IMG/VR virus record: IMGVR_UViG_3300031416_000352
Span: 6,245 to 70,244 of that record
Length of the DNA: 64,000 nucleotides
Origin: a virus
Taxonomy: Duplodnaviria; Caudoviricetes
Reading direction: 5' to 3' (one strand)
Both the position numbers and the translations under genes were made by a program. Below the pieces are notes generated by a model, which had not been told where the DNA came from, made no database searches, and worked only from the letters and a program-made list of their open reading frames with translations. This document shows, piece by piece, positions 1 through 8,225 of this stretch (positions are counted from its first letter, which is position 1; each line of letters opens with the position of its first letter).

Positions 1-693
1 GTACGCAATGGGCGCATCAGCGGGCTGGGCCTGGGGTGCTGTGCACTTTGCGCGGACAGTCTTTGCCAGCCGCAGGAACGGATCGAGCGACACGCCAAAG
101 GAAAGCGCCTCTTGGTTGGCTGCGTGCGCCAGGTCTTCCAGTTCGCTGTCATCAATTGCGCACACCACCGGCTCGGCCTGCACCGCTGCCAAGTCACCTG
201 CCGAGGAATCCTCGGTAGCTGGAAGGGCTGGGGTGGGGGCAAGGGCGGTACGCAACCCTTCGAGCGGCATCCCTGGCTCTGTCGCTGCATCAAGGACCGC
301 TTCCGCCGCTGATTCAGTGCAATCGGTGCGCCCGGCGAAACCGAGTATCAGCATCGCCAATCCTCGGCGCATCTTGTCCCATTCAGGCACAGCCACTGCT
401 GCGGGCGCTGCCTGTGCTGCCACCGCCTGGGCCCGCTCCAAGGCTGCACGAATCTGGATAGTCGGTCCGTTCGCACCGCCCAGCATTGCCTCTACAGCAT
501 CAAGTCCAGACAGTGCAGCCTTGACTTGCTGTTGGTTTGGTGAGAGGTTTGGAAGCGGGCCAACACCTGTTGCCGCTGTTCCATCAGAGTAAGTGCGAGT
601 GACTACAGCTGCCTCGCCTGATACGGCGCAGTGTTCGCAAATAGCCCCCTCGGCAGTCTTGAGGGGAGCGGAAGAGTTGTTTTCATTGGACAT
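1..693 (-). CDS. Hypothetical phage protein, 3' end truncated by window edge (MSNENNSSAPLKTAEG...)
   Basis: Manual translation: ATG at 693 preceded by GGAG, open for 231 codons to position 1; overlaps the methyltransferase stop; absent from the ORF track because no stop codon lies in the window. Confidence 0.75.
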   Translation of the reverse strand, partial: MSNENNSSAPLKTAEGAICEHCAVSGEAAVVTRTYSDGTAATGVGPLPNLSPNQQQVKAALSGLDAVEAMLGGANGPTIQIRAALERAQAVAAQAAPAAVAVPEWDKMRRGLAMLILGFAGRTDCTESAAEAVLDAATEPGMPLEGLRTALAPTPALPATEDSSAGDLAAVQAEPVVCAIDDSELEDLAHAANQEALSFGVSLDPFLRLAKTVRAKCTAPQAQPADAPIAY

Positions 694-2740
694 GGGATGC
701 TCCATAAATCTGTGCCTCGTGGGCGAAATTGGCACGCACCAGGGCCTCGGCCACCGGTGGGCACACTGAGTTGCCGCACATGCGCACCTGGGCGGTGGTG
801 CTCAGGTCGATCAGCGGCAGGTCCAGGGGGTTGCCCTCCACCTGCTTGCCGTTGCGGAAAAGGAGGGCCGGGTCGGGCACACGCTCAAAGCGGTAATCCC
901 GTGGAAAGCCCTGGGCGCGGAACAGCTCCCGGGGCTTGAGCATGCGCAGCGTGATGTCCACCAGCGCCCACCAGTTGCCCGCGTACCACATGAGCACGAG
1001 GTCGGATGGCTCCGGGAAGTGCTCCGGCAGGTACTTGTGCAGCAGCTCGGCGCACTGGCGCGCCCGGGCGGCCTGGTCATGCGACAGCGTGGAGGCCGGC
1101 ACCTGGGCGACTTGCACCAGGCCCATGCGGGATTTGGTGGGCACCGTGTGCATGGGCACGCTGCAGGCGCTGTCCTGCCCACCTTCGCTGTAATACTTCA
1201 CCAGGTAGGCAGTAATCAGGCGCTGGTTGCTGCCGGCAGCCGTGATGGTAGACATCGGGTCATCGGCCGCACGCCCGTCGCCGTCGTAGAAGCCGCCGTT
1301 GGCCTGCTCTAGGCATGCCGCCGCCAGCGCGCTGGTTGCGCCGCTCGCGGTGACGGTGTTCAGTGGGATCTCCAGGCTGCGGATGCCGTGGCTGAAACGC
1401 TTGGTGCCGTCCTTGCCTTCGCCGTGGCCCATGTCCACCAGGTGCGCTGCCACCATGCCCATCTGGATGCCGGTGCTTGGGCGCTTGGGCGTGCCGCCAG
1501 CGGTCACGGTTGGCAAAGGCGCATCCATGGCGCTGCCCACACTGCCGGTGTTGAACTTGGTGATGTGGGCCATGGCCAGGGCGCTTTTGACGCCACCGGC
1601 CACCACGGTGCCCATGGGCGCCTCGATGTTCTGCACGCGTGGCTCTTGGCCAGCGCGCTCGCCATACCCGATGGTGATCAGATTGGCGCCCACCAGGGCA
1701 TGGTGCGTGCCGCTGGCCGCCACCGTAGACAGCGGCGCATCCACAGAATGGCCCACCAGGTGCTGCTCGGTGGTGCCACGCAGCGGGGCCAGGGTAGGGG
1801 CCACCATCGAGAAGTGGCCACCCTTGACCTGGGCGCAGATGGTGCGCAGCGGCTCGTCGGCGGCCATGGTGCGCTGGTTGCTGCCATTGGCATGCTCATT
1901 TAGGAAAGGCGCGCTTTCGCCGACGATGAACGGGCTGGCGCTGGTGAGCACATGGCGCCACAAGCCCTTCGCCACTCGGCGCATGGTGTTGTCAACCAAG
2001 GCGCGCTTGCGGTCAAACACGCTCTGGGCTGGCAGAGAGAAGTCGATGCACTCGGCTGCCGTGCGCTGCTCGGCCAGCTTGCCCGCCAGCACGCGGCGGT
2101 CGGTAGCTTCGGCGTGGGTCTGCTCGGGCCAGGTGATTGCCAGTCCGTCGCGGCGCGCTACCAAAAATAGGCGCTTTCGTATGGTGGGGGTTCCATGGTC
2201 GCTCGCACGCAGCTCGCGCCAGTCCACTTGGTAACCGTGGGCCTTCAACTGGCGCACGAAGGATTGGAAGGTCTTTCCCTTGCGCGCCGGGTCTGGCCGG
2301 GCTTTGCCATCCTCGCCCACGATCAGCGGGCCCCAGGTCTGGAATTCCTCGACGTTCTCCAGCATCAGCACGCGCGGCTTGCACACCGCCACCCAGCGCA
2401 TGCCCACCCAGGCCAGGCCACGAATGCGCTTGTTCACTGGTGTGCCGCCCTTGGCCTTGGAGAAATGCTTGCAGTCTGGGGACAGCCAGACCAGGGCCAC
2501 CGGCTGGTTGCCCGTCACCTCGGCCGGCTTCACATCCCACACGCTTTCGCACAGGTGCTTGGTGTGCGGGTGGTTGACCGCATGCATGGCAAGGGCCTCG
2601 GGGTCGTGGTTGATGGCGATGTCCACCGGCCGCCGGAAAGCAGCCTCCAGCCCGGTGCTAGTGCCGCCGCCGCCGGCAAAGTTGTCGATGATCAATTCGC
2701 CGGGGAAGGCCAGGGGGAGAGTAAAAGCGTCACGTTTCAT
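683..2740 (-). CDS. C5 DNA cytosine methyltransferase, phage Dcm-like, with a long repeat-containing variable region
   Basis: Motif I DNFAGGGG, catalytic SPDC, MLENVEEF, RKRLF, and C-terminal QVRMCGNSVCP. Confidence 0.95.
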   Translation of the reverse strand: MKRDAFTLPLAFPGELIIDNFAGGGGTSTGLEAAFRRPVDIAINHDPEALAMHAVNHPHTKHLCESVWDVKPAEVTGNQPVALVWLSPDCKHFSKAKGGTPVNKRIRGLAWVGMRWVAVCKPRVLMLENVEEFQTWGPLIVGEDGKARPDPARKGKTFQSFVRQLKAHGYQVDWRELRASDHGTPTIRKRLFLVARRDGLAITWPEQTHAEATDRRVLAGKLAEQRTAAECIDFSLPAQSVFDRKRALVDNTMRRVAKGLWRHVLTSASPFIVGESAPFLNEHANGSNQRTMAADEPLRTICAQVKGGHFSMVAPTLAPLRGTTEQHLVGHSVDAPLSTVAASGTHHALVGANLITIGYGERAGQEPRVQNIEAPMGTVVAGGVKSALAMAHITKFNTGSVGSAMDAPLPTVTAGGTPKRPSTGIQMGMVAAHLVDMGHGEGKDGTKRFSHGIRSLEIPLNTVTASGATSALAAACLEQANGGFYDGDGRAADDPMSTITAAGSNQRLITAYLVKYYSEGGQDSACSVPMHTVPTKSRMGLVQVAQVPASTLSHDQAARARQCAELLHKYLPEHFPEPSDLVLMWYAGNWWALVDITLRMLKPRELFRAQGFPRDYRFERVPDPALLFRNGKQVEGNPLDLPLIDLSTTAQVRMCGNSVCPPVAEALVRANFAHEAQIYGASHVQ

Positions 2741-2751
2741 GGTGCTGGGCG

Positions 2752-2783
2752 AAAAAAAGCCCGCCGTGAGTGCTCAGGGCGGG
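2752..2783 (-). terminator. Intrinsic terminator in early-left operon
   Basis: GC stem (gcccgcc/gggcggg) followed by a U7 tract on the minus strand. Confidence 0.65.
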
Positions 2784-2843
2784 ATGTTGTTGATGTGACA
2801 ATACATGCGAGTTATGCTCGCAAGCCACATCTGAGGGGAATTA

Positions 2844-3539
2844 ATGAGTGAACAGAAGAATGGGTTTCGCCTGCCATTCGGCTTAGATTGTTTTCAAGCA
2901 TTTGTGCTGTTATTGCTGGCAGTGTTGCTCGCTAGTGCGTTCATTCACTTTTTTCTTGACCATATTCTCAGTTGGGTGGAGTCGCATCCGGGGCTGGCTT
3001 CTTGGGTTCAAGCGATTGGTAGCTTACTAGCAATAATTACAGCAATGGGGGGAGTTTGGTGGCAACACCGAAGTGGTAAAGAGGCGCACCTACATCAGAT
3101 TAAAGAAAATAATATTTTAATGGCTGAAATTTGCTTGGAGATGTGTAATGCAGTTCTCTCGGTAATAAGAGATACAGAAATTAAGCCGAAGAAATATGCC
3201 TCTTTAGCAGAAGGACTTATTGCTCAAAGCATGGCTAAAGAACTTCCAATAGAAAACCCTAACTCCGTCGAAAGAGTGCTTGATTTGCAAGAAACAATGC
3301 GTCTCCTTTTGTCAAAAAATTTGCCAATTGAACTAATGAAGTCGATTTTTAGCCTTCAGAAATTATTGGTGCAATATAAAGAATATTTGCTTGGTAGAAA
3401 AGTGGGTGACACTAGTAGCAAGGATATGTACGGTCCTTTAATGAGTAAAACGCAGTACAAGTTAAAAGAATCCACTCGAATAATAGCTGCAGTTAATGGA
3501 ATTATTAAGAATATTGCACAATATAAAGATAACCAGTAG
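2844..3539 (+). CDS. Low-GC moron: hypothetical membrane protein
   Basis: 231-aa ORF with two N-terminal hydrophobic helices, GAGGGG RBS, AT-rich, opposite in orientation to flanking genes. Confidence 0.8.
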   Translation: MSEQKNGFRLPFGLDCFQAFVLLLLAVLLASAFIHFFLDHILSWVESHPGLASWVQAIGSLLAIITAMGGVWWQHRSGKEAHLHQIKENNILMAEICLEMCNAVLSVIRDTEIKPKKYASLAEGLIAQSMAKELPIENPNSVERVLDLQETMRLLLSKNLPIELMKSIFSLQKLLVQYKEYLLGRKVGDTSSKDMYGPLMSKTQYKLKESTRIIAAVNGIIKNIAQYKDNQ

Positions 3540-3658
3540 AGTCAATGCCTGCATGGCAGGCCAAGACGTTCTATAGGTCGCGGAATGCTGGAGCGCCACA
3601 GTTGGCGCAGCGCATAGTTGGTGGTGCTAGCGCTGTTGACTAAAGGGTGCTGGCGCGC

Positions 3659-3856
3659 TCATTCGGCTTCCTCAGAACCGGGGAAGCGCTCAACTCGGCC
3701 ATCTGGGTAGTACAGCCGGCCGCCCACACGGCTGGGTAGGGAGTAGGCGTGCATGCGCCCTGGCAGCATGCCGGGGTTCTGGCGCAGCTCGGCGCCTTGG
3801 TATTCCCAGGCCTGCGGCTTGTGGGGCTTGTCTTCGATGTCGTGTGGATGGCGCAT
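3659..3856 (-). CDS. Small hypothetical phage protein (MRHPHDIEDK...)
   Basis: GAGG RBS before ATG 3856; phage-like codon usage; AYSLPSRVGGRLYYPDGR motif. Confidence 0.6.
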   Translation of the reverse strand: MRHPHDIEDKPHKPQAWEYQGAELRQNPGMLPGRMHAYSLPSRVGGRLYYPDGRVERFPGSEEAE

Positions 3857-3956
3857 GGGTGCCTCGGAAAGCAAAAGACCAGCGCGGGGCTGGCTGGTAG
3901 GTTAGGGGTTGGGGTATCAGCACAGGACGCGGCGCGCCCTCTGGTCATAGCCCATG

Positions 3957-3982
3957 AAAAAGCCCGGCACGGGGCCGGGCTT
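3957..3982 (-). terminator. Intrinsic terminator after the DUF2303 gene
   Basis: agcccggc/gccgggct stem plus U tract on the minus strand. Confidence 0.7.
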
Positions 3983-3999
3983 CGGTAGGGGTGGTGGGA

Positions 4000-4836
4000 T
4001 TAGATGGAGGCTGCGCCGTTGAGCACCTGCAGACCTGTTTCCTTGGCAATGTGGGCGCGCAGCTGCTTCACAGCATCCTCGATCACCTTGTGGGGGCGGA
4101 TCAGCTCCAGCCACATCACCAGGTGGCCGCCGTCCGCGATGCGGTAGCGGAAACGCACGTCCAGGCGGTACTTCTCGCCGTTCTCGAACACCGGCACGCC
4201 GATGGAGAACTGTTCGGGAATGGTCATGGTGCCCTTCACGGCGCTGCCGGCCACGTCCTCGTCGTAGGTGAACTGGGTAGAGCCATCAGTCAGGCGCACG
4301 CTGCTCTTGAAGTTCACCTTCTTGGTGGCTTCGAGGGTGCGGCAGATTTCCAGCAGGGTGGCGCCATCGGGGCTACCGGGCTCGCCGGCGGCCGATTTGA
4401 TGTAGACCACATCGACCATGTTGGATTCCAGGAACTGCGCCATATCCAGCTGGTTGTGCTTCTTGCCATCAATGCCGGTCCAGGCCTTCCACTCGGGCGA
4501 CAGCGGCGCGTCGTACTTGGCGCGATGGTCGCCCCAGCCTGCGCCGTCAGCGTTGTGGTTGAACACAGCGGTGAAGGTGGGCGGGTTGATGGTTGAAAAC
4601 AGGCGGGTGCTGTCGTCGGACTGGTCGTTGACCACGGCGATGAACGATTCGGCATCGTTGAGCGTGGTGGTACCGCGCTTGCGCGTGGGTGCGTCCAGCA
4701 TGCGCTCCAGATCGACCGCGTTGAAGTTGTCGGGGATCAGCACCACGGGGGTGGCGCCGATGAAGCGGGTGGGCTGGTTGCAGGCTGCCAGGGCATCGTT
4801 GGCGGCAACTTCGGTGCGAATTTCATTCAGGTCCAT
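4000..4836 (-). CDS. DUF2303 (YfdQ-like) family phage protein
   Basis: P.RKRGTTTL.DAESFI, W.DHRA.Y...LS.EWKAW, Q..MAQFLE.N and F.IGVPVFENG motifs. Confidence 0.85.
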   Translation of the reverse strand: MDLNEIRTEVAANDALAACNQPTRFIGATPVVLIPDNFNAVDLERMLDAPTRKRGTTTLNDAESFIAVVNDQSDDSTRLFSTINPPTFTAVFNHNADGAGWGDHRAKYDAPLSPEWKAWTGIDGKKHNQLDMAQFLESNMVDVVYIKSAAGEPGSPDGATLLEICRTLEATKKVNFKSSVRLTDGSTQFTYDEDVAGSAVKGTMTIPEQFSIGVPVFENGEKYRLDVRFRYRIADGGHLVMWLELIRPHKVIEDAVKQLRAHIAKETGLQVLNGAASI

Positions 4837-4893
4837 GGGGTACTCCTATGTGGTGGACGGTTGGGAGAAGGGACTGATCCCGGGCGGGCCGGA

Positions 4894-5307
4894 TCAGTGG
4901 ACGGCGCGCAGCGGGGTTGCTGGCGCTTCTTCGGGGGCTTTGCGCAACTCGGACTGCGCGGTAGCTTCCTGGTCTGCGGTGCGCAGGCCATCGAGCGTCT
5001 GCTGGCGCGGGTTTTCGCGCTGCAGGTTGTTGTTGGGCGTGGCGAACATGAGGGTCTTGCCGCGCACCGGCTGGGGCAGCTTGGTTTTCACGTCGGTGTC
5101 CAGCTCGACCTGGCCGGCGTTGCCGCCCTGGGGTTTGAGCTTGATTTTCAAAGTCATTTCACTGACCTTGCCTGTCTCGGTGCTGGCGTGAACCATGTCG
5201 TTGAGGGCGTCGGCCAGATCCTCACGAAGGTCGGGCAGCGCTGCCAAGAAGTCCTCAAAGGACTTGCGATCCACCTTCTTGGTGGGGTTGATAAGTTTCT
5301 GAGCCAT
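4894..5307 (-). CDS. YfdP-like phage protein, usual partner of DUF2303
   Basis: ETGKVSEMTLKIKLKP and TLMFATPNNNLQRENPRQQTL motifs; directly upstream of the yfdQ-like gene. Confidence 0.75.
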   Translation of the reverse strand: MAQKLINPTKKVDRKSFEDFLAALPDLREDLADALNDMVHASTETGKVSEMTLKIKLKPQGGNAGQVELDTDVKTKLPQPVRGKTLMFATPNNNLQRENPRQQTLDGLRTADQEATAQSELRKAPEEAPATPLRAVH

Positions 5308-5319
5308 TCAGGCCTCCAT

Positions 5320-5343
5320 AAAAAATGCCCGCGGTCGCGGGCG
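5320..5343 (-). terminator. Intrinsic terminator
   Basis: gcccgcg/cgcgggc stem plus U tract on the minus strand. Confidence 0.65.
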
Positions 5344-5358
5344 GGTGACGATGTCGGC

Positions 5359-5952
5359 TCAGGTGCGGCCGGCTTCGGGTGGGGGGGACTTTTCGCCGGC
5401 TGCTGCACCACCTGGGCGGTACTGCAGAACGTCGATGGCGGCCTGGGTGTTCATGCTGGAAGCGAGGAGTCGGGCCTTCTGATCCGAATCTGGCGCCGTC
5501 GCTGCCAGCGCTTCCAGTTGGGTGCGCACCGCCGCCATCAGGGTGATGACACGACCGCTGGAGCTGTACACGTCGAAGTTCTGGGCATTCATGCCTGCCG
5601 CCTCGGCGATTTCGCTGGGGATGGGCAGGGTCATGTCAACCACCTTGACATCGCTGGCGCAGTCTGCGCACTCGCAAGGGCCGCTTGGCTTGCTCGAGAC
5701 GCGCATCGGGGATGCTCCCACAGCAGTGGCGGCCGCACGGTCCAGGTCGTGCAGCCCGAATTTTTCCCGGACGAAGTCAGCGATGCTTTCAGCACAAGGA
5801 GCCGCGTTTTGGCTGGGAGCAGCTTTATCCGTGACGGGGGTAGCCGCATCGTCTTTGGATGGGGCTGCTTTGGCGCGCTGGCTGTGCTTGGCTTCCAGCA
5901 CGGCACCCAGGATGGACAGGGCCAGAAGGGAGGAGAGTCGATTGCTGTACAT
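5359..5952 (-). CDS. Hypothetical phage protein
   Basis: 197-aa ORF in early-left operon orientation, with RBS and phage-like codon usage. Confidence 0.65.
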   Translation of the reverse strand: MYSNRLSSLLALSILGAVLEAKHSQRAKAAPSKDDAATPVTDKAAPSQNAAPCAESIADFVREKFGLHDLDRAAATAVGASPMRVSSKPSGPCECADCASDVKVVDMTLPIPSEIAEAAGMNAQNFDVYSSSGRVITLMAAVRTQLEALAATAPDSDQKARLLASSMNTQAAIDVLQYRPGGAAAGEKSPPPEAGRT

Positions 5953-5977
5953 AGTTGGTCTTTCAGGGAAACAGGCG

Positions 5978-6000
5978 AAAAAAACCCGCGCAAAGGCGGG
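5978..6000 (-). terminator. Intrinsic terminator
   Basis: cccgc stem plus U7 tract on the minus strand. Confidence 0.6.
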
Positions 6001-6030
6001 CGGGCGGGTGGGTGGGTGGAGTGGTCGCTA

Positions 6031-6318
6031 TCAGTGGGTCTGATTGGCTTGCTGGTTGTGGTAGCCCTCAAACAAAGGCGAAAGCTGCACGCGGAGGTCA
6101 ATGCCTTCATCCAGAGCTGCGCCGTAGCTGGCGAGCGCTGCTCCAGCGGCGTACAAGCAGCCGTATAGCGCTGTAATGGAGCCGTGCTTTTTGGTGTGCT
6201 CGTTCATCAAGTCGATGATCGGATGCGCAACAGCCTCGATAGCGTGGTTGGCCTCATCGGCCGGGATCTCGTTGGTTTCGCGGTGCACGCCTGGCGGCAG
6301 GGTGGTGTCGTTGTCCAT
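6031..6318 (-). CDS. Hypothetical phage protein
   Basis: 95-aa ORF with AGGA RBS, operon orientation. Confidence 0.65.
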   Translation of the reverse strand: MDNDTTLPPGVHRETNEIPADEANHAIEAVAHPIIDLMNEHTKKHGSITALYGCLYAAGAALASYGAALDEGIDLRVQLSPLFEGYHNQQANQTH

Positions 6319-6349
6319 AACAGTCCTAAAGGGTGGTGGTCGTTGCTAT

Positions 6350-6439
6350 TTAGATCGGGAGGCCGGACATGTAAGCCGCTGCCAACAAAGCGACGGCGGA
6401 AAACATCAGCCAGGCAAAAAGAAATTGAAGGACTTTCAC
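6350..6439 (-). CDS. 29-aa hydrophobic peptide (MKVLQFLFAWLMFSAVALLAAAYMSGLPI)
   Basis: Manual translation; GTG start overlaps the upstream TGA (GTGA coupling); single TM helix; below the ORF-track cutoff. Confidence 0.5.
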   Translation of the reverse strand: MKVLQFLFAWLMFSAVALLAAAYMSGLPI

Positions 6440-6738
6440 AGGCTGCTCTCCTTCATGCACTGCACGGTCTTCTCGTCGATCCACTCGGCATGCATGCCCG
6501 GGCACACCCAGGCACTGGCCGCCGCCTTCTTCAACGCAGGCTCCTTAGGCAGAGCAGGCGCGGGCCAAGCCATGGCCAGCAGCACCAAGAAGGCGATGAC
6601 GCCAACCAGCAGCAGCCATCCCAGAGGAACGATGCCCACGGATGCTGGCGCAAACACGGGGCCAGGCCGGGATGCACCGCGCATGTAGTGGGCTTCCGGG
6701 TCGGAGTTGTAGGGCTCGGTGGGGATGACACGCTGCAT
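6436..6738 (-). CDS. Hypothetical single-pass membrane protein
   Basis: TM segment LGWLLLVGVIAFLVLLAMAW; C-terminal WVCPGMHAEWIDEKTVQC. Confidence 0.65.
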   Translation of the reverse strand: MQRVIPTEPYNSDPEAHYMRGASRPGPVFAPASVGIVPLGWLLLVGVIAFLVLLAMAWPAPALPKEPALKKAAASAWVCPGMHAEWIDEKTVQCMKESSL

Positions 6739-6754
6739 GGGGAGGGCTCCAAAG

Positions 6755-6842
6755 AAAAAAGCCCGCTTTCAAAGCGGGCGAAAGCGCCGACTGGAGGGGC
6801 GCCGTGGTTCTGGCGAAAAAAAAGCCACCGGTGAAGGTGGCT
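6755..6842 (-). terminator. Two tandem intrinsic terminators (6816-6842 and 6755-6779)
   Basis: agccacc/ggtggct stem + U8 and gcccgctt/aagcgggc stem + U6 on the minus strand. Confidence 0.7.
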
Positions 6843-6888
6843 GCAACGCCCGTGGGGTAACGGACGGGAGGGTTTCTATACAAATGTC

Positions 6889-7188
6889 TTAGCCGCAGAA
6901 CTGCCTTTCGCAAGGCACTCCATCGTTATTGCCGTCCATCTTCGTGTTGGGACAGTTGCGCAGGAAGAACGTGGCTTCCTCGCATGAGGTCATCTGAGAG
7001 CAATGAGTTCGGCCATCACATTGAAATTTCGGAGGTGCCGGCGTCTTGCTGCCAACATCTACCTCACGCTCGCGTGGTTCAGATCGGAGCAAATCGGGTG
7101 TGTGTACAGCAGCTGTTCTCTCTTGATAAGAGGTGTACGCCTTCCAAGCCGCTGCAGCGATGAGTAAATAAAGAATGAACCGGAACAA
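6889..7188 (-). CDS. Excalibur Ca-binding domain protein with N-terminal signal/anchor
   Basis: CDGRTHCSQMTSCEEATFFLRNCPNTKMDGNNDGVPCE motif; hydrophobic N-terminus. Confidence 0.9.
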   Translation of the reverse strand: MFRFILYLLIAAAAWKAYTSYQERTAAVHTPDLLRSEPREREVDVGSKTPAPPKFQCDGRTHCSQMTSCEEATFFLRNCPNTKMDGNNDGVPCERQFCG

Positions 7189-7199
7189 TCTTCTCCCCT

Positions 7200-8120
7200 T
7201 TTCCTTTTCAATGGTGTGGGGCTATCGTAACAGACAGATACATGATTCCGGCAATAAGAAGAGACATCAGAGCTGCCGAAAGAATGCACGTCCTGAATCA
7301 CCATCAAGCAAGAACCCTGGATGCCCCGGGCGGGGCGGCAGAGATAGAGACGGGTGGAAGGAACCAGGGCCCTTGCTTGATGGCCCGCAGCCCTACCTGC
7401 TGCGGTACCGAATAAAAAGCCGTTGCCTTGCGGCGTGCCTGGGGAATCGAGAGGGAGGGGTAGGAGGGGTACCCCAGGCGCGGCGGAAACAAATGCGGGG
7501 CGATGGTGCAAGCGGGAGCGACATATCGCCTCGGCCGGTTTGCCTTGCACAGCTCGCCAGCTCCATGACTTCATCCCGTGCTTAGATCACGGTTAGCCCC
7601 TTCTCGGGGGTGTAAGGAATCAGGGCAGTCTTTCCCGCTGTCCGTCCATGCGCACCCCCGCTGTGTAAGGCATGCCATGGACTGCAGTGAGTTACTCGCC
7701 ACCCACTGCTGGGCGCTCCGGCTGAGTAACCATCAAGGAAGCCCCGCATGCGGGCGCCAGTCGCCCACGGGGCTTAGACACGCTGGCTTCCTTGATGGCC
7801 CTCTTGCGAGGACCGGTGTGCCGGGATTCCAACCGGCATGACCGTTGTGGTGGGCCGTCTTCGCCCATCGACTTTTGTTTCTTGGCGTCGCGCCTCATCC
7901 CCGTACATGTCCCAGGGCTGGTACTTAGATGGGCCTTTCCCAGATCCACAGCTCTTACCCGTCCGGTGCGGTGGCTGATTCAGTGGTATGGCGCATGTGG
8001 TCTTTTGTAGCCCGCTGTTTGATCCCACCTGCGGAGGCCCTGGTTTAAGCAGCCGTGCCAGCTGCAAGAACTGGGCGCTGGCTCGATCACCTTGCACCCA
8101 CCGGTCAACTTGAGCCGGTG
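7200..8120 (-). ncRNA. Putative structured non-coding pL leader RNA(s)
   Basis: No convincing ORF; 14-bp perfect inverted repeat (7730-7743/7785-7798) enclosing nested hairpins; several GNRA-capped hairpins on the minus strand; 15-nt motif repeated at 7372 and 7787. Confidence 0.45.
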
Positions 8121-8124
8121 ATGC

Positions 8125-8167
8125 ATATTACTGTTAGGTAATTTATTTTGCAATACCAAATGGTGAT
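8125..8167 (-). promoter_or_regulatory. pL promoter with OL operators
   Basis: -35 TTGCAA (8148-8153), 17-nt spacer, -10 TAATAT (8125-8130); operator-like ATTACT-N4-GGTAAT (8127-8142) and AATACC-N4-GGTGAT (8152-8167) resemble the OR sites. Confidence 0.75.
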
Positions 8168-8184
8168 CTTCTTGGGTGAAGACG

Positions 8185-8210
8185 AAAAAAAACCGCTCAT
8201 CGAGCGGCTT
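8185..8210 (-). terminator. Intrinsic terminator ending the SOS-boxed orphan gene
   Basis: ccgctc/gagcgg stem plus U8 on the minus strand. Confidence 0.75.
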
Positions 8211-8225
8211 GCTTCTCATGGCGTC

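Noticed and set aside
8-592. 194-aa plus-strand ORF and other long overlapping ORFs in the track (e.g. 1299-2234, 4861-6168, 18577-21282, 22639-24135, 48252-50663)
   Set aside because: Antisense or alternative-frame shadows of GC-rich real genes; no motifs, no RBS and biased composition
3572-3580. TATAGGTCG, plus similar partial boxes at 40263, 51751 and 53113
   Set aside because: No nAnnnT hexamer at the fixed 22-nt distance; 51751 could still be an auxiliary activator site but is not a promoter by this rule
3545-3660. Minus-strand MSAPAPFSQQR* and MRCANCGAPAFRDL* mini-ORFs beside the moron
   Set aside because: Too short to support; possibly debris of a gene disrupted by the moron, but no alignable homologue in the window
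7815-7845. GCCGGTTGGAATCCCGGC looks like a tRNA T-arm; region considered as tRNA or C4 antisense RNA
   Set aside because: No acceptor, D or anticodon arms can be built and the C4 consensus as I recall it is not evident; kept only as part of the structured leader
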